IMG/VR virus record: IMGVR_UViG_3300042334_001734
Location: 1-25,960 of that record
Source: a virus
Taxonomy: Duplodnaviria; Caudoviricetes
DNA: 25,960 nt
Reading direction: 5' to 3' (one strand)
The notes under the pieces were generated by a model. The model saw only the letters and a program-made list of their open reading frames with translations. It did no database searches and was not told where the DNA came from. Positions 1 to 9,259 of the stretch are shown here, piece after piece (within the stretch, counting starts at the first letter, position 1; each line of letters opens with the position of its first letter). A program made the position numbers and the translations under genes.

Positions 1-2059
1 CAACATAGTATTCATTGCCAGCATAACTGGCAGGAATTACATTGCCTCGAAATACAACTTTTAATCCATTAGTGAATACTACGCCATTTGGTGCGGTATA
101 GTTGGCTTTACCAATAATTTCGTCAATGTTGATTGTGGCATTATTTTCAGGATTGACAAGACGAATCTGCCCAAAAATTTCAGGGTCGGTGCCGTCTTGA
201 TAATACAGCACATCTTTGATAGCTGTTAATAACGGAATTTCTTCAAAGAATCCAGAAGCATTTTTATACCAGCTAGTGCTGGAATACTCGGTACCAAATA
301 GAATATTAAATTTTTCTAAATTGCTAACTGACAATACATTGTTTAACAACATAAATTGCTGACCATCAGTATCAGTTTTATACTGTATTTGCCAGACATC
401 GTAATATTGATCTTGCGGAAGATAGGTGGTCTGATCAAACAATATTGAATCAAATGATCCAGGTGTATTATTTTCTGATACTACAACAACTTTAAAAGTT
501 AAATCGTTAACAGGGGTTGTGCCTCCTAATAAATTCCCAGGAATCTTTATAGTATCCCCGACAGTATACCCTGTTCCAGAATCAACTACAGTAATAGATG
601 TAGTTGAGTTTGAATATACTACACTGTTAGACAAAAGTTTTACGTTAACAATCAACCCAGTGCCACTACCGGTTACAGTGGTTGGAGTAATAGAACTATA
701 AGTTTGATTAACTACTGTTCCGGACTTTGTTCCACCAATATTTGCAAATGATGTTTGTAACAACGGGTCAAACTGTGTGGTAACTTGCCATCCGCCGGCT
801 TCGGGATCTTGATTTTGATTTAAAAAAACTACAGTGCGGCCATCTAATGATGTTATGCCATCGATTCCGCCTGTGACATCTAAAAACGGAGTAACAAATT
901 GATTATTAATTTGATCAAAATCAAGAGTAGTTACAAGATCTACCGTGCCTGACGGCTTGCCTGAAATATTGCCAATTGTGTTTAAACTATAATAAAAACT
1001 TTGTGCGTCCTTGTCGGGCACATCAAAGGTAACGGTGCCAAGATCTTCTCCATTGTTGAGAACCCCAAACACATCACGACTGCTGATGTTTGGTGCATAC
1101 GGTAAACGTCCGGCAACTCCAGGATCTGTTTGAATCCAAAACCCAGGGCCTGTTCCGGGGGTAGCATTGACAATATTAATTTGTCCCTGCAAATTATATT
1201 CATTGGCACTGGAATAGTATAGAGTATCGGGCGCGTCTTGAGGAACAGTAAATGTAATAATTCCTGTGGTAGCCCCGTTACGAAGCACCCCAGTATCATA
1301 GGTATTAATGTTTCCTAGACTGGCAATGGTCTTGATATAAAATGGGTAAACACCAGTTAAATTTAAATTAAATACATAGGTATTGCCGCGAACCAATATT
1401 AACGTTGGGTTTGGTTGATAGTCAATGATGTAAGATGAACTACCACTATTGCTCACTCGGAAGTTTACAGTTTCTGTGGCATTTTGTGCAACATTAAAAT
1501 TATAATTGCCGCCACGTACTAGAGTTATAATTGGGTTGTTACCAGTAACTCCACTAAATGCATAAACTCCGTTGGCCCGAGTCACCGTAAAATCGTCAGT
1601 CAATGGAATAGCTGTTGCTGACACATCAACACTTAGTGGCCCCGAGGGTAACCAATAGTATTGGGCAAAGTTTGTAAACTTGTCAAAATCTACAAACGGA
1701 TCAAATGCATAATATTCGCTAGTATATAAACGATCGGCCTTACTGGTATCAGCACCCTGTAATTTTAATGCGTCAGTAATTCCTGGATAGGTAATAGCAT
1801 CAACAATTTCTTTGCTGTTTTCAGGATTGATTTCTACCACGCCCGGTTCTAGTTGATAATTGGTACGACTGGCCGTTGGCTCAATTACATATCGATCTTC
1901 TGGATTAACGCCGGGGCCCACCTTGCGGCCTACATAGCCTTGTGTCTTTTTAAATTCAGGTTCTTGGACCAGTTGGTCTAGGGTGGCTGCTAGAAATTGT
2001 CTGTTGACCGGTGTTTGAAATATTTCTGGCAGAAAGTCAACTGTGCGAACTCTTGCCAT
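1..2059 (-). CDS. Large virion baseplate/tail structural protein, 5' part only (runs off left edge)
   Basis: Missing from the ORF track, presumably because no stop lies in the window. ATG at 2059-2057 overlaps the TAA of the gp6-like gene. Reads MARVRTVDFLPEIFQTPVNRQFLAATLDQLVQEPEFKKTQGYVGRK, and the same frame reads VVFRGNVIPASYAGNEYYV at the window edge; the segments I translated in between are open. Beta-rich modules and position in the baseplate operon. Confidence 0.85.
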   Translation of the reverse strand, partial: MARVRTVDFLPEIFQTPVNRQFLAATLDQLVQEPEFKKTQGYVGRKVGPGVNPEDRYVIEPTASRTNYQLEPGVVEINPENSKEIVDAITYPGITDALKLQGADTSKADRLYTSEYYAFDPFVDFDKFTNFAQYYWLPSGPLSVDVSATAIPLTDDFTVTRANGVYAFSGVTGNNPIITLVRGGNYNFNVAQNATETVNFRVSNSGSSSYIIDYQPNPTLILVRGNTYVFNLNLTGVYPFYIKTIASLGNINTYDTGVLRNGATTGIITFTVPQDAPDTLYYSSANEYNLQGQINIVNATPGTGPGFWIQTDPGVAGRLPYAPNISSRDVFGVLNNGEDLGTVTFDVPDKDAQSFYYSLNTIGNISGKPSGTVDLVTTLDFDQINNQFVTPFLDVTGGIDGITSLDGRTVVFLNQNQDPEAGGWQVTTQFDPLLQTSFANIGGTKSGTVVNQTYSSITPTTVTGSGTGLIVNVKLLSNSVVYSNSTTSITVVDSGTGYTVGDTIKIPGNLLGGTTPVNDLTFKVVVVSENNTPGSFDSILFDQTTYLPQDQYYDVWQIQYKTDTDGQQFMLLNNVLSVSNLEKFNILFGTEYSSTSWYKNASGFFEEIPLLTAIKDVLYYQDGTDPEIFGQIRLVNPENNATINIDEIIGKANYTAPNGVVFTNGLKVVFRGNVIPASYAGNEYYV

Positions 2060-5000
2060 TAAATTACTCCGCTACCAGGTGCTGTCCGAATATTTGTACT
2101 GGTCAAGGCCTGTATAACCTGAATATCATTCACCGTGGCCGCGTTAACAAAAATTTGATTCGGTGCCGACCGTATTTCATACAAGTCGCCAAATGACTTT
2201 TGTGGGTTAAGAGGCACCAACACCACACTACTTACAATGCTGCCAATTTGACTGTGGATATAGGCAGCCAATTCGCTAAAATAAAATGTAGCCCCAAAAT
2301 CCCATTTGTCTAAACTAAAATAAGCATCCATATTGGCCACTACTAAATTTTTAATCTCGCTTGTGCTGGTTGTGGTTCCGGCAGCAGGAATTACCTTGAT
2401 AATTGCCCGTAATTCTTCTGCTGCCTTGGCTCCAAATAACGGTTTAAATTGTACAGTGTTTAAAATCATATTGTCAGAGATCATTTTATAATCTTGGAGA
2501 CCGGCATATTCGGTAGTGAGTTCATCTAATGTAGGCGGAGTTGGTTCGGGTACCGTGCCGGTTGAATCTTTAATCCAATTTTGATATGCGACATAATAAG
2601 TCAAGGTTACAATATAAAGGTCAATGATATTAGTAGTTCCGGGATCGAGCCGACTTGTTAATGGGCTATTATGTCGATATTGGAAGTATAAATCTTGACG
2701 GCCAACTCGAGCAATCCAACCAGTGACAGGATCTACAGTTCTTGTTAAATCGTTATTCAAGGTCAGTTGATAAAACAGGCCAGCACTGTAATCAATGTTG
2801 CTAGTGGCGCTGGTTGGGTTGTAGGCGTAAAATACTTGACCGTTGGAGTATTCGGCCTTGTCCAGTTCAATCGCGGCCTGTGTAGCATAGTCGCTGTTGA
2901 CTACACCTTGTTCAACTAACAAATAGCGTTGAAGATTATCAAAGTCCACAGTTTGTTGTAGGAATACCAATTTTAAATTACTATTCACGCCGGGCGCTAC
3001 AATGTCATTAAAAAAATCTGGATTGTCAGGAACACCATCGGCATCATTGTCCTCAAATCCAACTATGACCTGAAAATCATCAACATACCCGTCGCTTTCT
3101 ACTGGTTGCCCAATGATCCGTACTCGAGTATCGCCTTCGAGTGGAGTATTATTATCGGGCTTGCTGTTGGTTTTTAATATGTTAACAAAATCGCTGATCA
3201 CTGTGCCGGTGCGACTGTCATAGATCTTTTGATTGGTAAAAAAGAAAAATCTAGTTTCTAATACGCTGCCAAAGTAATAGTCCAAACTACGACTAACCAC
3301 AGTATATGTTGATCCGTCCGTGGTAGCCTGTATAAACCACGAAGCATCACTGTTGACTCCGGCGGTTGATTGTGCATTGGCAAGGCTAAAATCAGCATTC
3401 ACATCAAGATTGGTACTATTGATCAAATACCATGTGGCGGTCAGATTATTATAGCCCAGACCAAAATTACGATTTAATCGAATTTGCTCAGTGATGCTTT
3501 GTGCAAATGTTGTGGTAAAATCTGTGGTAAACAGGGGAATAACCTGGGTGGCAATAGCTCCGGTAGGAACAAAGTTGTTAAGTACCACCGGTCCTAACCC
3601 ATTGGTAAAATTGCCCAGCCCTTGATTGGTGCCATCGACATAAACGGCAGTTGGACTTGCCCAGATCGCATATTTTTCATTGGCTCTTATGGGAACTCCA
3701 GCCACTAATTGATTGTCTTTATCAAAGAAATAACCGGTAGGAGCTATAAATTTTACCAAAGACCCAACTTCAATATACTTGGTGTTATTGCTAGAATATG
3801 TGCCGATGGATACTGGATTTTCCAATGAATTTTGAAAATAGCCTGTAGTTTCATTCAATTGTGTAGTGCTTTGGTTCCAGGTAATATTTAACACTGTTAG
3901 GTCAGGACGAGTGTAGTTGGCATAATAAAATTGTCTGGCACCATCTTCGCCGATCACCGGTTGAATACTATTAGCTATTACGTCAGCAATGTCATTATTG
4001 GTTAGCCAGGTAAATTGAAAGGCTGGCAAATTATTAGCTTCATACAAGGCACCATCGCTGGCAAAAATATTTGTGCTGGAATATTTTCCGGTGTTGTCTA
4101 CTAGATCAAGATATCGGCTGGTGCCAATGCTGGCACGATTTAAGGCCTTACTTTTTAAAATACTATTGTAGGCGGTGAATGGAAAGTTATTGTAATCTTC
4201 GCCATTGACCATGCGATCTTGTGTGTAATAACGTGCAGGTGCTCGTTGTTTAATTTCTTGAATGGTCTCACGTGCCTGGCTATTACTTACAGGTTGTGTG
4301 ATACCGCAAGTAAATGTGATAGTCTCAATTTGTCCAGTTCGACTAACATACGCAATAGGAACTTGAATGTTTTGCATTTCTTCTGGATTAATAATATATT
4401 GTAATCCATTACTGGCACGAACATAATTACGGAAAGTTCCAACTGGGATGGTGGAAAAAACGCCATCACCAAAGTTTAATGTAATCTGATCATTGGTGCG
4501 GCTGGTCACTGAATATATAGTACGAGAACCCGGAGTTAGTTGTTCAACCGCGGCCCCATATACATTATCGGTTTTGATCCATTCTCTAGTTACATTTCCT
4601 AAATTGTCAAGTTGGTATAACCAAACATCTTCATTGTTAACCCCTTCGATGTTGATGTCTACGGAACGATTACTGATACGCTCTGGCAAATTAAAATCTT
4701 GATTTTGTAACACACCTTGTTTGAACAAAAAGAAATAACCAGTATTGGCGCTGGCAAAACCCAATTGATCATTACGGAACAATACATTGAACTGCCCGTT
4801 GGGCAACGGGCGAGGTTCATACACATAACTCCGACCAATTGAACTAGCGTTAACCGCTTCAAATGGCATGTTGACTCCGTCAACCGTAGCAGTGTATGGA
4901 ATCACTGGAATATATCCAGGAACTAAATTAATAGCATATTCGCTGGTGTCTACCCCTAAGATTATTTGATTGTTGGCTGGTCTACCTATACGTTGTGTGT

Positions 5001-5496
5001 TTAATAAACTGGCATTGACAATGGCCGTAAATTGTTCTTGCCAATCAAAGTTGCTGGGATCAGCCCAATTCACTGTAATGCTGGCCAAATTAACTCCATT
5101 ATAATCTAAAACATTTTCTGTAGTTTTAACACTGAATACTTTTAAATAACCACTGGCCTCTGTATTACGCTTAGGAGTATAACTCACTAATTGTGCAAGT
5201 TTAACTACGCTATCTCTGCGTTCGGCTGTGTCTAAATAATTTTCGCGTGTGTTTAAATCCGTGCGGAACGCCAATGCTTGACCCATAAAGGCCATGACAT
5301 CGAGTAAGGCAATAAATTCACTGGACTCAATGTAGTCATTAAATGTTTCTGGATAATAAAGTCGCAAATAATCCACAAAACTCTTGCGTAAGGTTTCAAA
5401 ATCGTAACTTTGAAAGTCAGCTTCGCGGTAGGTTTGATAGATTCGTTTCCAATCTTCAACACCAAATATAGCTGTTTGTCTTGTGGTTGTGGCCAT
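2059..5496 (-). CDS. gp6: Baseplate wedge subunit, T4 gp6-like N-terminal half with long C-terminal extension
   Basis: 1145 aa. gp6/baseplate J-type motifs ESSEFIALLDVMAF...RENYLDTAERRDSVVKLAQLVSYTP, ITLNFGDGVFSTIP and ETIQEIKQRAPARYYTQDRMVNGEDY. Lies next to the gp25-like gene. Confidence 0.85.
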   Translation of the reverse strand: MATTTRQTAIFGVEDWKRIYQTYREADFQSYDFETLRKSFVDYLRLYYPETFNDYIESSEFIALLDVMAFMGQALAFRTDLNTRENYLDTAERRDSVVKLAQLVSYTPKRNTEASGYLKVFSVKTTENVLDYNGVNLASITVNWADPSNFDWQEQFTAIVNASLLNTQRIGRPANNQIILGVDTSEYAINLVPGYIPVIPYTATVDGVNMPFEAVNASSIGRSYVYEPRPLPNGQFNVLFRNDQLGFASANTGYFFLFKQGVLQNQDFNLPERISNRSVDINIEGVNNEDVWLYQLDNLGNVTREWIKTDNVYGAAVEQLTPGSRTIYSVTSRTNDQITLNFGDGVFSTIPVGTFRNYVRASNGLQYIINPEEMQNIQVPIAYVSRTGQIETITFTCGITQPVSNSQARETIQEIKQRAPARYYTQDRMVNGEDYNNFPFTAYNSILKSKALNRASIGTSRYLDLVDNTGKYSSTNIFASDGALYEANNLPAFQFTWLTNNDIADVIANSIQPVIGEDGARQFYYANYTRPDLTVLNITWNQSTTQLNETTGYFQNSLENPVSIGTYSSNNTKYIEVGSLVKFIAPTGYFFDKDNQLVAGVPIRANEKYAIWASPTAVYVDGTNQGLGNFTNGLGPVVLNNFVPTGAIATQVIPLFTTDFTTTFAQSITEQIRLNRNFGLGYNNLTATWYLINSTNLDVNADFSLANAQSTAGVNSDASWFIQATTDGSTYTVVSRSLDYYFGSVLETRFFFFTNQKIYDSRTGTVISDFVNILKTNSKPDNNTPLEGDTRVRIIGQPVESDGYVDDFQVIVGFEDNDADGVPDNPDFFNDIVAPGVNSNLKLVFLQQTVDFDNLQRYLLVEQGVVNSDYATQAAIELDKAEYSNGQVFYAYNPTSATSNIDYSAGLFYQLTLNNDLTRTVDPVTGWIARVGRQDLYFQYRHNSPLTSRLDPGTTNIIDLYIVTLTYYVAYQNWIKDSTGTVPEPTPPTLDELTTEYAGLQDYKMISDNMILNTVQFKPLFGAKAAEELRAIIKVIPAAGTTTSTSEIKNLVVANMDAYFSLDKWDFGATFYFSELAAYIHSQIGSIVSSVVLVPLNPQKSFGDLYEIRSAPNQIFVNAATVNDIQVIQALTSTNIRTAPGSGVI

Positions 5497-5515
5497 GTTT
5501 ATTCCGTCGTTGTAT

Positions 5516-5522
5516 TATTTAT
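5516..5522 (-). promoter_or_regulatory. Putative T4-type late promoter (ATAAATA)
   Basis: ATAAATA on the minus strand about 20 nt upstream of the gp6-like ATG. Resembles the T4 late consensus TATAAATA, and a gp55-like sigma is encoded in this window. Confidence 0.55.
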
Positions 5523-5547
5523 GGTTAGAATAAAGTGGGTAGTTTAA

Positions 5548-5922
5548 CTAGATATAACTGGCACGGCGAGTTTGTTGATCAAAAAATACTGACAGCAGAG
5601 TAGCGGTCTGTCCGGGAATTACAGCAATTTCTAGTTGAATCAGTATGCCGTGTTCTTGCGGAAATATATCTAGCTGTGTGATTTGTATTCTAGGATCACC
5701 ACCAACAACTCGCTGTATTTCCGTGGTTAGGGCACGTTCGGTCTCTTGTGTTTGATTTTCAAACACATTGTCATAGATAGAGGTGCCGTAGCCAGGGCGA
5801 CCAACAAGTTCTCCCTGTCGAATATTAAAAGCGTTTAATAGATCGCGTTTAATTAACTCAAAGTCTACCAATGTAAACTTTTTGAATTGATCAATAGTAC
5901 TAAATCCAACGAAGGTAGTCAT
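5548..5922 (-). CDS. gp25: Baseplate wedge subunit, gp25/GPW family
   Basis: 124 aa. LIKRDLLNAFNIRQGELVGRPGYGTSIYDNVFE...DPRIQ matches the gp25 pattern. A TAAATA at 5932-5927 lies just upstream. Confidence 0.85.
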   Translation of the reverse strand: MTTFVGFSTIDQFKKFTLVDFELIKRDLLNAFNIRQGELVGRPGYGTSIYDNVFENQTQETERALTTEIQRVVGGDPRIQITQLDIFPQEHGILIQLEIAVIPGQTATLLSVFFDQQTRRASYI

Positions 5923-5934
5923 ATTGTATTTACT

Positions 5935-7470
5935 CTATCCTATAAATTGTGGTTTGAGCTCAGATAATTTTTTCTGTGCCTGTAAAATATCGGCGTTAAT
6001 TCCAGCAGTAAGAGCACTAGGAAATTCAAAACTAGGTGCAGGAATTTTAGCATTTCCTAATATTCTTGCCACTGCAGCATCTACTGTCTGGCGGTTAACC
6101 GTATTACTAAATCCTGCGGCTACCTTAGTTGCTGATACTAAACTGTCTGAACTAAACAAACTAAAGTCTACACTGAAGCTTGACATTTTTCCAAATATGT
6201 CTAGACTACTACCAAGATTGCCTAGCAAGGCTTGTGCTTGAGTTCCTAACGATCCTAGGGCGCCTGTGGCTATGCCGGATAAACTGCCCAGGGCATTGGT
6301 GGCATATCCCTGGGCACTACCAATGGCTCCAGTTAACAAACCTTGAGCTTGTCCTAAGGCACTGTTTAATACTCCTTGGGCCTCCCCTAGCGTACTATTT
6401 AACAATGCACTACCTTGTGCCCAAGCGGCGGCTACCGGCGCAGTAAATTGAGTAGCGTTATTAACTACTGCACCAACCGATTCTTTTATTAATTGATTGG
6501 CTGCAGAGGTGGCCTCGGCAGTTAAATTAGCAACTCCCTGCGTTACGCTGTTAACTGCACCATTGGCAATAGTTGATATATTATTAATTGGAGTTGATAA
6601 TAAACTACTGACTGAGGCTGGCACCTGGCCGGTTATAGAGTTGGTCAGAGAAGTAACTCCCGAAAATGATGAAGTAATAAGGTTATTAAAATTGCTACCA
6701 AGTGCTGCAGTTCCAGATACTAAACTAGCTGCGGTCAATCCTGTTAATCCTGTAGCGCCGTAGATTTGTCCTGTGCTGGTACTTGCAGGAGCCGAGTTTT
6801 GGGTTTGGATAGTTCCGCTGGCAGTTAACGACTCGTAGTTAAGTTGCAGGACTCCATTTTGTATCCGAGTTTGTAGTGCTGGATCATCTAGTATACCGGC
6901 CACTGAGGTTACTCCATCCTTGCCAGTCCATATGCTAGGCGTACCGATTACACAAGCAAAGTCAGGATAATTGCTGGTGCCTGGTTTTAGATATCCTGTT
7001 TTTTCTAAAGACTGTGGTGTGAGATTATAAGTGCCAATACCAGTATCGGTAATAGTGTCTGGTGGTTGATCAACATATACTTCTGTGGTTGTAATCAACG
7101 CCTGTACTTCTTCTGGTGATAATGGTCCTACCCCGGTGACCGGTCCGGTCATTGCATAATCTGCCGCAGTTATTGGAGTTTGTAAAGGTGTGTTTGCCAA
7201 CGAAGGTATTGACAGGGCGATTTCACCAGTGACAATTGATAAAATAGTCACACGGTCAACTCCGGCAGTATCTCTTTCTAAACGACTTAATTCAAAATTA
7301 GTCAATCGTGTTTGGACACTGGTCAATGTTTGTCCAACACTGTACCCTACAAGACTTCCGGCTACCACCTGACTGTAAAACAACAGGTCAGCTTGTGCCT
7401 GGGTGTATCCACCAGGAGTAATTAACTCAAATTCGTTACCGCTCGGAAGAGTATATTTAAATATAGCCAT
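5935..7470 (-). CDS. Baseplate/tail-associated protein with possible degenerate lysozyme-like central region and 11-residue Ala/Gly/Leu repeats
   Basis: 511 aa. Start overlaps the gp5-like stop. Central IGTYNLTPQSLEKTGYLKPG...WTGKDGVTSV segment; C-terminal repeats STLGEAQGVLN/SALGQAQGLLT/GAIGSAQGYAT/NALGSLSGIAT. Confidence 0.6.
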   Translation of the reverse strand: MAIFKYTLPSGNEFELITPGGYTQAQADLLFYSQVVAGSLVGYSVGQTLTSVQTRLTNFELSRLERDTAGVDRVTILSIVTGEIALSIPSLANTPLQTPITAADYAMTGPVTGVGPLSPEEVQALITTTEVYVDQPPDTITDTGIGTYNLTPQSLEKTGYLKPGTSNYPDFACVIGTPSIWTGKDGVTSVAGILDDPALQTRIQNGVLQLNYESLTASGTIQTQNSAPASTSTGQIYGATGLTGLTAASLVSGTAALGSNFNNLITSSFSGVTSLTNSITGQVPASVSSLLSTPINNISTIANGAVNSVTQGVANLTAEATSAANQLIKESVGAVVNNATQFTAPVAAAWAQGSALLNSTLGEAQGVLNSALGQAQGLLTGAIGSAQGYATNALGSLSGIATGALGSLGTQAQALLGNLGSSLDIFGKMSSFSVDFSLFSSDSLVSATKVAAGFSNTVNRQTVDAAVARILGNAKIPAPSFEFPSALTAGINADILQAQKKLSELKPQFIG

Positions 7471-8984
7471 TATGGTCCAGTTTTTGTAATGCTTGTACCA
7501 GTTGGCAATGCAGGTGCGCCCGGTGGTGGTGTTGGTTGACCGTTTTCTAAATTAACAGTGACAGCCACACCTTGATTATGATAAGGCCATGGTTCGTGTG
7601 TGGGTGCTCTAGTTACAATACTTTCTAACCCGGCTGGAGCAACCTGCCAACCGGTACTGCTGTCAAAATTTGTGTCAGGCATAACATATTTGGTGATGCC
7701 CTTGGGCGCATCTACCCCCAATGCAGGACCACCATTTAGGCTAATTAAAATACCTTTAAGGCTCAATGCTGTACCACCATCAATTGTGGCTACTTTGCTT
7801 TTTATCGCTAGCTGCGTGTTAGATTTAATACCAACTTTACCTTCGCTAAAGAGTGTCATGGTTTTTTTGCAAGCAACCGATAGCTCATCATCACTTTGAA
7901 TTGCTGTTCCTTTTATACTTTTTATATTGATTTTTTCCCCGGCAAACATGTTGATATCCTTGTCAGCATGCAAATTAATAGTGCCTTCGGTTCGCAAATT
8001 AATTGAGTTGGTACTAAACACATCCAGTGTGCCTTCTTGTCCTAGTTCTACCCAGGATTGGCCGTTGGCATGACAAATATAAAAAGCATTGCCATCATCG
8101 CTCATGGTGATCTGATGTCCCTTGGCAGTACGAATACGAATCAAATTATCGCTGCCATCTAAGGCACCATCATCCATGACCAAGGTATGGCCGCCGCGCC
8201 GACCAATCACAGTGGCGGCCCCGGCAGGTGCGCCTGTACTGGTTACTTGTTTAGTAATGGCAGCATCCGAGGCGCCGCCGGCATAGATAGCACGGCCGGG
8301 TGTGGCAATTCCATAACATGCGCTAGGGCTTTCTCTCTGAGCAGTACTACCAATGCTTCCGCGAATTGGATCGTTGTTTAGGCCTTGTTGAAACAACACT
8401 GCGGCCGCATAAGCATGTATTGGTTTTGGTTGATCAAAGAATTTAGGATTTTCACTTATCTTGGTATTTTCTGGAGGATTGTTAACTTCGGTCACTGGCA
8501 ATAGTTTGCTCTGAGCAAAATAAGTTTCTTGGTTGGCATTGGCTTTTACATATTTGTCCGAGGCACCAATAGCCGGAACCATGCGATTAAGCCCTTGATC
8601 TGGTATACACCCTAGATAATATCCTAGATCTGGATCTCCACCAACAAAAAAGCACAAGACACTGACGCCCAAGTCTGGCGGGGTAAACCACATACCGTAA
8701 GAACTCTGGTTACCAGGATATGTTCCGGTGCCACTGGTTCCACTGGAATTGCTTCTGGGGGTTGATCCATAAAATGGTGGACAATAGCTAACGGTGCGCC
8801 AACTATCTTTGTTTGCTTGTTCCCCTCCAAATTGTTCAATAAAAACTTGTAACCGGCCAGCGCGACTAGGATCAATGTTGTTCATCACAACACCAACAAA
8901 TGGGCCCATCTCGGTCGGGATGCCACCTTTATCAAATTTAAAATTGGCCGGGCGACCAGTGCTTTTTTGTATATTTTCTGACAT
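7470..8984 (-). CDS. gp5: Baseplate central spike, gp5/VgrG-like (OB-fold plus beta-helix, no internal lysozyme evident)
   Basis: 504 aa. GPFVGVVMNNIDPSRAGRLQVFI and PPDLGVSVLCFFVGGDPDLGYYLG fit the gp5 OB-fold. GHTLVMDD and RTAKGHQITMSD are followed by beta-helix-like repeats; C-terminal THEPWPYH. Confidence 0.8.
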   Translation of the reverse strand: MSENIQKSTGRPANFKFDKGGIPTEMGPFVGVVMNNIDPSRAGRLQVFIEQFGGEQANKDSWRTVSYCPPFYGSTPRSNSSGTSGTGTYPGNQSSYGMWFTPPDLGVSVLCFFVGGDPDLGYYLGCIPDQGLNRMVPAIGASDKYVKANANQETYFAQSKLLPVTEVNNPPENTKISENPKFFDQPKPIHAYAAAVLFQQGLNNDPIRGSIGSTAQRESPSACYGIATPGRAIYAGGASDAAITKQVTSTGAPAGAATVIGRRGGHTLVMDDGALDGSDNLIRIRTAKGHQITMSDDGNAFYICHANGQSWVELGQEGTLDVFSTNSINLRTEGTINLHADKDINMFAGEKINIKSIKGTAIQSDDELSVACKKTMTLFSEGKVGIKSNTQLAIKSKVATIDGGTALSLKGILISLNGGPALGVDAPKGITKYVMPDTNFDSSTGWQVAPAGLESIVTRAPTHEPWPYHNQGVAVTVNLENGQPTPPPGAPALPTGTSITKTGP

Positions 8985-9256
8985 TACGCTTCTCTGTTTA
9001 AAATTTGGGGTGGAGTAGTATTAATTCCGTTATTGGGCCCTAACACCTTGGGTGTATTATATAGTGGTAATGCTCCAGGTGCAGCAACAACTACCGATCC
9101 ATCCGAGGTTGGCGGTTGTATTAATTGTGCTGGTAATGGTTGTGTATCTGATACCGGAGTTTCCTGATCATTAGTGTACGGAGTTGGGCTAGTCGTATAA
9201 GACTGGCGTCCAGGATATTCGGCTGTTCTTAATGCAGATCTTATTCCACGTGTCAT
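8984..9256 (-). CDS. Small Pro/Thr-rich hypothetical protein
   Basis: 90 aa. Fills the gap exactly: its TAA overlaps the gp5-like ATG and its ATG lies 3 nt after the upstream stop, in the same frame as the upstream ORF. Confidence 0.6.
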   Translation of the reverse strand: MTRGIRSALRTAEYPGRQSYTTSPTPYTNDQETPVSDTQPLPAQLIQPPTSDGSVVVAAPGALPLYNTPKVLGPNNGINTTPPQILNREA

Positions 9257-9259
9257 ATG

